Positions 52,237-64,000 of a stretch of 64,000 bases of DNA are shown in pieces (within the stretch, counting starts at the first letter, position 1; each line of letters begins with the position of its first letter). Both the position numbers and the translations under genes were made by a program. Source of the DNA: Paraspadella gotoi (lineage: Eukaryota > Animalia > Chaetognatha); the NCBI GenBank assembly GCA_051294375.1, contig CM119269.1, positions 11,390,883 to 11,454,882 on the forward strand, read 5' to 3'. The notes beneath the pieces are model-generated. The model was not told the DNA's origin, searched no databases, and saw nothing but the letters and a program-made list of their open reading frames with translations.

Positions 52237-52473
52237 TATGGCAACAGCCATTGGGATGGGGCATCTCACTGTTGGCTTTGGGGGCTTCCGACCCTCAGTG
52301 ACGCCTCCTGTCACTGGCGCGGTTACCCTAGGACGGTCTCGCTTTGCCAACGCAGAGGGAAGTCGTTAGGACTGTGGATGGAACACTACGCCTGGGATGG
52401 TGTGTTCCCCCTCTGAGCCAATGGATTTGGCTGAATGATGGTGGACGTGAGGCGGTGTGAATATACCGCCACA
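52237..52473 (-). mobile_element. Solo LTR-like GC-rich element, distant relative of the 42.2-kb TRIM
   Basis: Ends TATGGC..GCCACA with 4-bp TSD ATAT. The minus strand has TGGCTCAGAGG, CACCATCCCA, GGGTAACC and GCTGTTGCCA in the same order as the TRIM LTR. Confidence 0.55.
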
Positions 52474-53119
52474 ATATCTGAATTCCTTTAATTTTCTTTC
52501 CGAGAAATCCAATAGCAAAATTAAGCGAAATTTACGAAACTGTCTCTGAGGAATAGAGTTTATGCAAAGCGGTTGAGTTCGTCAGCCGTGGCTCAAGTTG
52601 ACGCCACCCGAAATGAAGAGTCACACCCGCTGTCGCCGTTTATTTATCAGAGAGATAAAAAAGAGAGAGAGAGAGAGAGAGAGAGATTTCTTTTGTCCCA
52701 GTTTTCTTTGTAACTACCTTCATCGATTTTTCATTTTTTTTCTGAGAGGTTTGAGATGAGTCAACTCCTCTGTTTTTTCGGTAGTTTATTTTATTTATTT
52801 ATTTTAGAGTAATTTAGTGAATGGTGTGGGCATAAAATCATGAAAAGGCCAATATTCATTGTTCAATTATATAAGTAAAAAAACTTCAGAATTTCTAAAT
52901 TTATTTTGATTGCAACAGGGTTGATCTCGTTAAAAAATCAACAATAAATACACATTTATAAAAAAATTTAAAAATAATAAGCAATTCTGTATAGTTCAGT
53001 ATCGGCCTCAATTTCTTGAAAAAATGATAAGTATCTAATCCCACATAGAACTGTATTTTTCTAATTAATAAAAGTCTTTTTTCGATAATCAATTAGACGA
53101 GATAAATAAGTCATCGCGC

Positions 53120-53898
53120 ATGCGCAGTAGACCCCTTCACGAATTAAAAGAAACAAATATGAATGAGGATGAAACTATTAAAATTCGTTACGTCGCCCTT
53201 GATGACGAAAGCGACGAAGGCAACGACAGCTTTAACATCACCGTCAACAATGACACAACATCAAAAGACAATGATGCAACAGCAAACGTCATTGCGAAGC
53301 GGAAAGACGATAACGACATCTGTCGATCCAATCAGACGAAGTTGTCTGAAATAGAAGAAGTAGAAGTAAAAGGAGCTGCCGTTGGAGTCGATGTGGTGGC
53401 AGTTAGTGCAGTTATTACTGATGAAGGAGCAGTTCGAGGAGCTGACGATGGTGTCAATGTGATGGCGGTTAGTGGAGCCTCGGATAATGGAATTCCGGTA
53501 ACTGGAGTCATCGCTGATGAAATTGCGGTCAGTGGAGTAGAGCCCGCTGGAGCTTCTACTGATGTAGTCTCGGATGATGGAGTCGCGACTGATTTAAACG
53601 GAGCCACTAGAGCCACTCCAGCGGGAGTCGTCGTATCTTCTGGAGCAACAAACTCGACGAAGACCGATTCCGGCATCAAAGGCTCAAGGCGACGGCGCCA
53701 GCTTCTCGGCGGCTGCAGCGGCAGCGGCAGCAGCGGCAGCGGCTCTTCCTTCGATCTGATTCCCTTCACCGGAGAATCGATGGATGCAGAGGCGACGCCT
53801 TCCGTCTTCGGACCGACGTCTTCCTTCGACGATCAACTCGAGTTGCCCGTCAAGTTGCGTCAGCGGTTGCACCGTCTGCCCGCTGCGTTTAAAGGAGA
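53120..53898 (+). CDS. CNG channel beta-like subunit, N-terminal exon
   Basis: 260-codon open frame, acidic and low-complexity. It ends LRQRLHRLPAAFK, resembling the CNGB pre-S1 helix (RLQELVKLFK). The donor position is uncertain (53894 or 53898). Confidence 0.65.
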
Positions 53899-53912
53899 GT
53901 AGAGAAGTGAGA

Positions 53913-53958
<46 letters not shown>

Positions 53959-53970
53959 ATGGGAGAGAAA

Positions 53971-54002
<32 letters not shown>

Positions 54003-54012
54003 ATAAATAAAA

Positions 54013-54044
<32 letters not shown>

Positions 54045-54060
54045 ATCATACGAAAAATAA

Positions 54061-54156
<96 letters not shown>

Positions 54157-54286
54157 GCAATCAATAAATCAATCAATAAATAAATCAAGCAATCGAAATC
54201 TCATACGGAAAATAACATATATATGTAATTTTGCTAAAAATCGTAAATGTTCAAATATAAATTTTATTTTATTTAGTTCAAGTCAA

Positions 54287-54613
54287 GATAGAGGCTCACC
54301 CTATCACCAGGGCCTTCTCTTTCCCGCCGGGCTTCCTCTTCCCCCTCTCAACGTCCCCCTCCTCCTCCTCCTCTCGTCGCCTCCTCCTCCTCATCCCTGG
54401 GAGTGCATCGGGCTCCCTCTCTCTCGGACGGTACTCACGGCGCAAGGGCTACCAAGACCGCGCGATCCCCTTTTCCTCTCTCTCTTTTTCCTTTGTAGTA
54501 TATTTGCTGTGGCCTTAACCCCTTTTTATTATTATATACTTACCTTACTTACCTCTTTTACTTGGTGAGAGGGTAGTCAGAACCTATTTTAGCCAGTTAT
54601 CCTATCTTCAGAG
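54287..54613 (+). mobile_element. LTR-like segment of a second family preceding a tRNA-Lys PBS
   Basis: Starts with hairpin GATAG..CTATCACC, is pyrimidine-rich, and ends CTTCA-GAG before TGGCGCCC. It lies in the channel intron. Confidence 0.55.
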
Positions 54614-54659
54614 TGGCGCCCAATGTGGGGCTCGAACCCACGACCCCGGGATTAAGAGT
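54614..54659 (-). pseudogene. 3' 46 nt of tRNA-Lys(CTT) with CCA (extended PBS)
   Basis: TGGCGCCCAATGTGGGGCTCGAACCCACGACCCCGGGATTAAGAGT. The match stops at the 5' side of the anticodon loop. Confidence 0.88.
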
Positions 54660-54729
54660 AACGGGTAGTCTTTCATTTTAAACAAATTGAAACTACTCAA
54701 TTATAAGTTTTTATTATTTTAAAATTCAG

Positions 54730-54791
54730 ATTCGTTGAAATCCTCATGACGGAAGACGTGGGCGACGAAAAAACAAGTTTAAACAAAACAG
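54730..54791 (+). CDS. Candidate small exon of the CNG channel gene
   Basis: TTCAG acceptor and GT donor, FVEILMTEDVGDEKTSLNKT. Phases 2/1 are compatible with the neighbouring exons. Confidence 0.4.
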
Positions 54792-55044
54792 GTTTTAACG
54801 ACAAAGCATTATTTTGTAAAAGATAAAACAATGAAAAATGATATAACTTATATAATAATAATATTTTAACAAATAAATAAAATCATAAATAATAGTTATT
54901 TTAAATCTAAAAAATAAAAATTAAAGATAGTAAAACAAGTAATTTTACGACTTTCTTAAAATTTAGAAATTTCATGAAATTAGAAATATTATAAATAATA
55001 TTAATAACATAAATAATATAATTTTATAAAAGATATTTATTCAG

Positions 55045-55201
55045 AAACCGAGAGTCAACCGCTCCCTCCGCCGCCTAAGCCTAATTTGGCGAAATTTTCC
55101 AACGGACATCCTGTTTCAAACCCGGATGTTAAGATCGCGTCTAAGCCACGCCCACTCAGAATCTGCGCCGCGAAAAGTCTCTACTTTGCGGAGAAGATCC
55201 G
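55045..55201 (+). CDS. CNG channel exon (pre-S1 linker)
   Basis: TTCAG..GT, GC-rich open frame TESQPLPPPPKP..LYFAEKIR. It ends in phase 2, matching the next exon. Confidence 0.6.
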
Positions 55202-56624
55202 GTTTAAATTTTTTTACAGGTTGATACTCCCTTTCCCATTTCGTTAACATTTGCTTCTTGTAGTATTTTGAATATGATTTGTTTTTGCACAAAGAGTAAA
55301 CTATTTTGAATGTTTAGTATTAAAAACCACTTTTCATCTTTATTTAGTATGGCACATTATTACCTAATTGGTAAAGAACAAGTTTGAGCAAACAATGTCG
55401 GATCTGCCTACGATAATTAAGCGGTAATCTGCTAATCAGATGATAAATCACGATAATTCTTTCAATTTGTGATCCTAAGTCATAACATATGTTATTATGT
55501 TATTATTATTATTTATTTTTATATTTATTTATTTATTTATTTATTAATTATTATAATTATTTATTTTGTTTTTTTTTTGTTACAGTGTTTTTATATGTTT
55601 TTATATGTTTTATATGGTTTTATATGGTTTGTAAGGTAGTGTCTATTAGTGATTTATAGTGTGTTATAGTTTTAAATAAAGAGCTACTTCATAAAGATAG
55701 ACAAGAGATAAAATACACACTATGATACTATGATATACTATGATATTTGTTATATCATTTTGATTGTCTCTTTGTCTCTTTTTCTCTTTGTTTTTATTAG
55801 CGTCTTTTGTTTTTATTAGCGTCTCTTTCTGTTGATTTGCGTGCTTTTATATATATATATAAATTAAATACGCATTAAATACGCATTAAATACTTATAAT
55901 GAAAAATAAAATAATGTTTTAGTTTATTTGTTTCTTGCTCTCATATTTTTCGTTTATGCTTTATATTTTTATGTTGTTTTTTGTTTTTACACATTATCTT
56001 TGAAAGTTTTATTAATGTTGCCTTATTTTTGAAAGTTTTATTAACGTTGCATTATGTTTTATATTTTTTGTTTTTGTTTTCATATTTTTTTATTTTTGTT
56101 TTTACGCATTATCTTTGAAAGTTTTATTCACGTTTCATAGTGAAATAGATTGTTTGTTTTTTCCATTTTAACTCATTTCCACTTGAACGATTCCATCGAA
56201 ACTATACTTCCTGCTCAATCACACACTTTCCTTCCCACACACAAAATTTCATTCCAATCCATCCATCAAATAACGAGTAATTAGGGTTTTTTGCTAAGGT
56301 GGGACGGACGGACAGACAGACAGACAGCGAGACAGACGGACGGACGGATGGACATCATTTTTTGGCATAATTTATCATTTAAGGTAGATTCCTGTATAAA
56401 TTTTTTATTTTGTCAGAATGTTTTACTCTTTTTTTCCATATTTTTTGACACGCTAAACGTTTCTCTGATTACGCAAAATATCATGGAAGCAATATAAAAT
56501 TAATATAACCAATAGTTATTATTATGTCTCGAATAGATGGGAAAAAAACCTCGTTTAAAAATTTCTTCGGGAAGTGGGGTAACTAAGGCTTACCAATAGC
56601 ATCCTCCACACTGATCGTTCTCTA

Positions 56625-57610
56625 AACAAGTTTGAGCAAACAATGTCGGATCTGCCTACGATAATTAATTAATTAATTTATTTATTTTAATAATTAATTA
56701 TAATTTATATTCAGCTTGTCATCATCGATGTCCTTAAAATTGAGTCAGGACAGTTATTAAATGTTTTGTTTACATTTTATCAAAACAAACAAATATCCTC
56801 TATTTTATTTTATGTCTCCTTCTCTCTCTCTCTCTCTCACTCTCTCTCTCTCTTTTTGTGCCCCCTTAATTTTATGTATTTGATATAATACTATGCCCCA
56901 AGATTAAAAAAATGAAAAGGCTAAAGACTAAATGACCTTAAAGTGGTCAGAAGAACCCAAAAAGGGTTGGTCCCCCACCCCTTCATAAGTCATTAAAGAC
57001 ACAGTTCCACGCGTCAGTTTTCATGTAGGCCCCCCAGTCTTCATTAAGACCCTCCCCAGGTCTACTACTGTGTCGTCGAATTTCAAGTGCTTCGCGAGTT
57101 TTAAGGTCATGGATCAGTTTTTTTTGTTTTTTCCGGACATCGTTTTTTTTTTCATTTAAACTCATTTCCACTAAAATGATTCCTTCGGAACTTGATTTCC
57201 AGCTCAATCACACACTTTCCTACGCAAATACAAAATTTCAAGTCAATCGCTCCATCCACTCTTGAGTAATTGGTGTTCAAATAGTGAAATTTATTTTTTT
57301 ATTTTTTCCATTTAAACTCATTTCCACTCGGACGATTCCATCGAAACTTCATATACAGCTCAATCATACACAAAATTTCATTCCAATCCATCCATCCAAT
57401 CACGAATAATTGGTGTTTTTTCTAAGGTGGGACGGACGGACAGACGGACGGACGGACAGATGGAAGGACATCATTTTTTTGCATAATTTATCATAATTCG
57501 ATGTTCTGACATGATATAAGTTAGTGCCCGACAATATTGAGGGGGCAGACCGACGGACCGACAAAGTGAATTATAGAGTCGGAATCTGCTGATAAGCAGA
57601 TCCGACTAAA
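56625..57610 (-). mobile_element. Helentron-associated (HINE/DINE-1-like) element
   Basis: Subterminal inverted GTCGGATCTGC at both ends, a 5' hairpin, a (GTCC/GTCT)n tract, and a 3' end TTTGCTCAAACTTGTT on the minus strand. Related termini at 27302, 46258, 50178, 55377 and 58875. Confidence 0.6.
56983..57115 (-). pseudogene. C-terminal GIY-YIG fragment of a different Penelope-like family
   Basis: LKTREALEIRRH..GLNEDWGAYMKTDAW matches the R(E)A..I..LN.D.G endonuclease tail. Confidence 0.7.
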
Positions 57611-59052
57611 AAAGAAGATTCAGAATGCAGGTTGCAAAAAGCTTACAGATAATCTGGACATACTGACACGATAATCATGACTTTTTATGTCTTGTGAAAT
57701 GGGGGCAGTAAAGAAACCTAAAAAATTCGGTCATTAAGTCAGTCAATGAACCCTTTCCAATTGGCTATTCCGCGAAATTTTTTTTCTTAATTAAAATGGA
57801 TGATGAATAATAGAATTAAATTCCTAGTATAAAGGTTGTTATATTTAAAAGAAAATTATCAATACAAATAAGCACAATAATGTCTTGCTTTGTCAAATAT
57901 GTCACAGCTATGTAATTTTTTAAAATTTTATAATAATAAACAAGCAGTGTGCCAAGCTTTTTGTTTGCAGTTAAAGATATAGAAAAATGACGATTTTTTT
58001 TTCACAGAGAAGAAGGTAGACATCCAGACTGTTTATATCAAGCTGAAAACATTTTTATATTTAATTTTTAATATTTACAAAGACATTTTATTAAGCTATT
58101 ACAACAATTTGTGCTTGTGTTTTTTAACTTTAACTGAAAAGTACAAGCAAATTAATGCAGTAGAGAAACTTTAATGGTAATCAAAATGTAATTAAGGAAA
58201 AACTTATTATTTATGGATTTCAAGAGTTGAAATCAAAGATGAGATTTATTCTGAGAATAAGGATGACGGTGAGAAACATGCAGGAGTCATGATCAATGAT
58301 ACTCAATAAGGCGTAGTGAAAGTTACATACAAAAATTGTAAAAGTCAATTATGAACAACATACCATCAGTGAACATTATTTGTAAAAAAAATAATTTTAT
58401 GTTTTTTAATTTCGCAGTAGGCTATATTTATATATAGTACTATCCTTATAAAATTGAAAAAATTCAAAATAGGCTTTCTTAATTTTGATTACAGATTTGA
58501 ATTCCTCGTCAAAAGTTGATAAAAGAAAATATAAATCTTTTTTAAAAATTATTTCATTAAGTGGGTTAAAAATTTAAAAAAACTATATTTAATATGTAAA
58601 AAATGTAAAAACTATTTCGAATTTTTTTTAACATTTATTGGTTTAATACTAGTATAAATATGACTTACTAAGTAAATTGTAAAATTTATTATAAATTTTT
58701 TTATTACATAAATGTTCATTAGTATAATGTTGTTCGTTCCTCACTTTTACAATTTTAATTAAAGTTAAATTTAGAAATTTTACTACGCCTTACTACTCAA
58801 ACTAAGACAAGATATAAGTGAATGCCCAACAAGATTGGGGGGGCGGACCGACGGACCGACAAAGTAAATTATACAGCCGGAATCTGCTGTGAGCAGATCC
58901 GGCTAAAAAAAAATGTTAACAAACTGCCTTTGCCATTCTTAGACAATATGTTATTGAGATCTTAAGTTCAGAAGACTTAAAAATCAAATATTTATAACGA
59001 TAAGGTTTAATGTTTATATGTTTATAGTTATGAATTATTGACTATTTCTCAG

Positions 59053-59142
59053 CTGCATCGATCCGTTGGGATCTTTCTACCTGACCTGGGTTTCCATCGT
59101 TACGGCCTCATTTCTCTACAACGCCTGGACTCCCTTTTTCCG
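59053..59142 (+). CDS. CNG channel exon encoding S1
   Basis: CTCAG..GTGAAA, CIDPLGSFYLTWVSIVTASFLYNAWTPFFR. Matches the IDP...Y..W.......YN.W...R signature of CNG channels. Confidence 0.9.
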
Positions 59143-59346
59143 GTGAAAACTAAAACTTAGTTAAGTGAATAAAGTACAATTAAAATATTTGGCATTTGAA
59201 AGTCCAATAAGCTTTTGGAGTAATTTAGGTAATTTGGAGAAAAGGCCTTTTAAAGGCATAAATGATCAAATTTTAGCTTTTTAATATTAACTAAACACTT
59301 AAACCGTAATGGTATAACTTATAATAATAAATAAATGCTACTCCAG

Positions 59347-59492
59347 GGCTTCCTTTTCCACCTATTACACAACTCCCTCCATCTATTGGAACTTCGTTCA
59401 ACTAACGACTGATTTAGTGAACTTTTTGGATCTCACGCTCGTTCGTCCACGCGTCGCGATTGTTGACGAAGAAAGTGGTAACGTCATTACAG
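59347..59492 (+). CDS. CNG channel exon encoding S2
   Basis: CCAG..GTGAGA, ASFSTYYTTPSIYWNFVQLTTDLVNFLDLTLVRPRVAIVDEESGNVIT. CNGB-like W......D....LD.....R motif, phase-consistent with the previous exon. Confidence 0.9.
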
Positions 59493-59761
59493 GTGAGAAG
59501 CTTCAAAGTTAACCTGAAAAGAAGGCTCATTGTAACTGAGATCACAGAGGTTAATCCAGAGATGTGGACGCGATTCGGAACCCGTAAGCGAACACTGGAA
59601 AAGGCCGATTTTTGAGGAACGCGAAACCGGGAGCGATAGAAAAATTGAGAATAAGGGATTGAACCCGGAAGCTATAATAACCATGAGTGTTCGCTTCCTG
59701 ATCATTTGTTTTTGTTTAGAAAACCTTTTCAACCCCCTGCCCTCTCTTTCTTTCTTTTTTT

Positions 59762-60380
59762 ATCGAGCCATGACCGGCGAAGCCGGTTCAGGCTCTATAA
59801 TGTTAAGTTTGCTTCTTTGGTGACGTAATCGTCGTCCGTCGTCCGTCACGCTGTTTTTTATATAAAAAACTACTACGCTTTATAGGTTTGGCTGTGACTA
59901 ACCGTTTTTTTTTAAATAAAAATTATTATGAATTATTATAAAGTTTTACAAAAGTGTGCGATCATAGTAAGTTAAAAAATTAGATATGGCTCCTCAACTT
60001 TAAATAGCTTTGATATTTTTCTTATTACATTGGATTAAGTATTTTTTGTTTGAATTTCCATTCATTATGATTTACTGCAATATGCAAATAAGATTATAGT
60101 ACTTATTATATATCCAAATTAGTATATAGAAATGCTTTAATCTAATTTACATATTGCAGTATATAATATTGAAGATGAAATTCAAAAATTTTTTTTTTAA
60201 AAATATAATAAAAATGGGAAACTCAAAATATTTTTTTATGAGAAGCTATATCTTAATTTTAATACAAATAAAAATAAAATCTTTTACAAGCTGCGATTGG
60301 AAAATAATTGGAAAAATTTCCAATTGTAAACAATTGTAACATATTTTGCCTTTCTTTTATTTCTTTAAATTATATATAAA
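59762..60380 (+). mobile_element. Dispersed repeat family H1 copy with 5' hairpin
   Basis: ATCGAGCCATGACCGGCGAAGCCGGTTCAGGCTC followed by a GTCC/GTC tract. The body matches 11985-12530. Confidence 0.65.
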
Positions 60381-60711
60381 TTTTTTTTCCTATATTTGTC
60401 AGTTGATTATGTCAATACTGTTTTTGGTATTAATAAAAAAAAAAAATATTTGTCAGTTGCTGCTTTTTCTGAACCCTTAAAAAACGATTCAGGTTCTGCA
60501 GTGACTGTTCAGGTGGCTTCCAGCTTTCTCTTTTCTTTCTGTCTCTTTCAGTCTCTCTTTTTCTCTTTCTGTCTCTTTCTGTCTCTCTCTGTGATCGTTC
60601 TTTTTTGAAAATTCTGATTATTTTTTCCTTATTATGCCATTATTCCGCGCTTTTTTTTTCAATACAAAATCCCAAATTTTATTCTGAGATATAATGGAAG
60701 AATTCGGTTTT

Positions 60712-61881
60712 TAGTCGGATCTGCTTATCAGCAGATCCCGACTCTATAAATCACTTTTTATAACTCACTTTTTCGGTCCGTCGGTCCGCCCCTCAATATT
60801 GTCGGCACACTCTTATATCATGGCAGAACATCGAATTATGATAAATTATGCAAAAAAAATGATGTCCGTCCGTCCGTCTGTCTGTCCGTCCGTCCGTCCG
60901 TCCGTTCCACCTTAGCAAAAAAACACCAATAACTCGTGATTGATGGATGGATTTAATGAAATTTTGTGTGTGGATAGGTAAGTGTGTGATTGACTGGATA
61001 TTAAGTTTCGATGGAATCGTCCGAGTGGAAATGAGTTTAAATGGAAAAAACAAAAAAAAATATATTCACTATTTGAACACCAATTGCTCATGAGGGATGG
61101 GCTGATTGACTGGAATTTGTATGTGGGTAGGAAGTGTGTGATTGAACAGGAAATCAAGTTTCGATGGAATAGTTTGGAGTGGAAATGAGTTTAAATGGAA
61201 AAAAACAAAAACCTGTTTTACTAATTGATTATGCTCTTTTTCCTTTAATTAAATGTATCTGCAGGATGTATTAATAAATCAAATAATTAATCAGTTAATT
61301 AATCAATTAGTAATAAATAATCATAATTAATTAATTAGTCAATCAATCGTCCATCCGGTCCATCTTAGAAAAAGCTCAATAACTCGTGATGGCTGGTTGG
61401 ATGGAATTAAATTTTGTGTGTGGGTAGGAAATGTGTGATAAAGCTGGATATAAAATTTCGATGGAATCGTGTGAGTGGAAATTAGTTTAAATGGAAAAAA
61501 ACATAAGTCGAATTTACTAAAATCTTTTACTATTTTAACCAATAAATACTCCTATTAATCATAATTGGATGGATAGATTGAGTTGAAATTTTGTGTGTGG
61601 GTAGGAAAACGTATGACGAAGCTTGATATAAAGTTTCAGTGGAAACGTACCAGTGGAAATGAGTTTAAATGAAAAAAATATGAGTCACATTTACTTGAAT
61701 CTTTTATTTATTTTAACCCATGATAGATTGAGATGAAATTTTGTGAGCCGGTAGAAAGTGAGTGAAGAAGCTAGATATAAAGTTTTGACGGAATGCAAGT
61801 TGATAAAAATTATGCAAGTTGAAAAAATGATGCAAGTTAAAAAAATCTTAAAAGCATAAGGATCGTCGCTATTGCATAAAA

Positions 61882-61916
<35 letters not shown>

Positions 61917-62324
61917 GAGAGAGAGAGAGAGAGTGAGAGAGAAAGAGAGAGAGTGAGAGAGAGAGAGAGAGAAGGAGACATAAAATAAAAAAATCTTAAA
62001 AGACTCAAGATCGAGCCAGAGCCCACTATCATAGAAAATTAATGAAAAAAACCGGGAAAAAACGAATGAATCATGCGATAACGAATTGTTGATGTACTAG
62101 TAATTGATTGAGGTAATACTAATTGATTGATGTAATAGTAATTTATTGATGTAATAGGAATTGATTATTGATTCGATGATAATCAATTATGATGCGATGA
62201 TAGTCATTCACTGCTGTGATGATAGTCATTCAGTGATGCGATGATTGTCATTCATTGATGCGATGATTGTCATTCATTGATGCGATGATAGTCAATAAAA
62301 CAAACAAATGCGTGTATGAGTGAA

Positions 62325-62365
<41 letters not shown>

Positions 62366-62806
62366 AAGAAAGAGATAAATCCACGAAAATCTCGGATGAA
62401 AATATGGGATTTTGTATTGAAAAAAAGCGCGGAATAAATGGCAAAATAAAGTTTTTAGAAGGAAAAAAATAATCAGAATTTTTCAAAAACAAACGATCAC
62501 GCAAAAGATCGGACAGATAGACAGACACACACAGAGAGACAGAGAGACAGAGAGAGAGAGAGAAAAAGAGAGAGAGAGAGACAGCCGCTGCAGAGAAAAA
62601 GAGAAAGAGAAAGGCGATATATAATAATTAAAAGAGAGAGGAGAGAGAAGCTCTACAGCCCCTTTACTCGTTAAAGAATCAGCAGTACTTATGGCGCGCA
62701 CGTAGCGTGAGCTATTCTCTACCCAAAGGACCCGGGTTCGCGCCCTGTTCGCGGCATCGTTTTTTACATTAGTGAACCCACATTATATCTAAAAAAATTT
62801 TGTAAA

Positions 62807-62851
<45 letters not shown>

Positions 62852-63378
62852 AGCTGGACAGACGCTGCAGAGCCGGAACTCGTTTTTAGAAGAAGCAGTG
62901 ACGGAGAAAAGAGAGAGAGAGAGAGCGACATATAATTAAAACGTTTTTGTTTGTAAATAAAACATAAACAAATACCAATATTGATATGAAACATGAGAAT
63001 TTTAAAGATCTTGATGATTAGAAGCCATATATGAAAATTCAACTCCCTATGATATCACACTTTCAGAAGCCATGATTGCAAAAAAGCGAGACCGAAAGCT
63101 AAACCGAAAAAAATCTAGACAGGACGGGCTTTGCCGCCTGGCTCGATAATAGAGGATATTTGTTTGTTTTGATAAAATGTAAACAAAACATTAATAACTG
63201 TCCTGACTCAATTTTAAGGACATCGATGATGATAAGCTGAATATAAATTATAATTAATCTATAATTAAATAATTAATTAATTTATTAGCATTACGCGTAT
63301 TATTATTTTAATCTAATAATCCAAATTATATCTGAGATTAATTATCGAGGCAGAAATTCGACTTGTTTGCTCAACTTT
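60712..63378 (+). mobile_element. HINE/DINE-1-like composite element
   Basis: 5' TAGTCGGATCTGCTTATCAGCAGATCCCGAC hairpin, GTCC tract, internal ~130-bp repeats, and a degenerate 3' end GCAGA..CGACTTGTTTGCTCAAC. Contains nested repeats. Confidence 0.5.
62681..62765 (+). other. tRNA-derived SINE-like head
   Basis: A-box-like TGGCGCGCACG, B-box-like GGTTCGCGCCC, then a T run. No proper cloverleaf. Confidence 0.4.
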
Positions 63379-63388
63379 TCTTTTTCTT

Positions 63389-63421
<33 letters not shown>

Positions 63422-63861
63422 GTTTATTTTTTAAAAAATGAAGAATAACTTATAATGATATGCATTGTCACATATAAATCAGCTAATGTGACCTATTATA
63501 TATGCAGCACTTTCGCCGAATAATATAATTGCATGCATCACATTATTAAAAAAAAAATTTGTTTTTATTTATTATTGCAACTTTGGACCGGTTGGCCCAC
63601 TATTGGCAAATTATATCTAAAATAGGAGTTGATAAGAGAGATATAGTCAAATTAAACATTACTTTTTTTGTTATTCTGATAATTTGTACTATTATTAAAT
63701 TTATAAATATTTTTAGTATATATATTTAATCATTTTTAACTTTTTTTAAATAATAATTATTTGAGTTGTGATAACTATTTATAAATTAATTAAATATGCA
63801 AATATTAAATTTGACCTCGGTCTGGTTTCTTCCTAAAAAAAGAACAATCTTTTTCTCTCTA

Positions 63862-63894
<33 letters not shown>

Positions 63895-64000
63895 TTTTTT
63901 TCCTTCTAAAAACTTTTATTATCGCCATTTATTCCGAGATTTTCGTGGATTTTTTCCTTCTAAAAACTTTTATTATCGCCATTTATTATTTTATCTCAAT

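Overview
AT-rich, microsatellite-laden eukaryotic (probably animal) genomic DNA from a noisy draft assembly with 4 N-gaps and two indel-ridden segmental duplicates. Most ORFs in the track are spurious. Host gene: the 5' exons of a cyclic-nucleotide-gated channel beta-like gene (+, ~53.1-59.5 kb, continuing beyond the window). Mobile DNA: two decayed Penelope-like elements (RT+GIY-YIG) with inverted terminal repeats, a BEL/Pao RT fragment, hAT-, Chapaev- and Harbinger-like non-autonomous elements with TSDs, and Helentron/DINE-like repeats. Most interesting signals: (1) seven minimal hammerhead ribozyme motifs with covarying stem II; (2) a ~725-bp non-coding LTR mini-element whose LTRs carry a tRNA-like Pol III promoter and whose tRNA-Trp PBS extends to 32 nt, with a mismatch at the m1A58 position; (3) LTR ends fused to 46-64 nt antisense copies of mature, CCA-bearing tRNA-Lys; (4) a non-canonical KADD RT active-site motif. 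All calls were made by eye; no searches were run.
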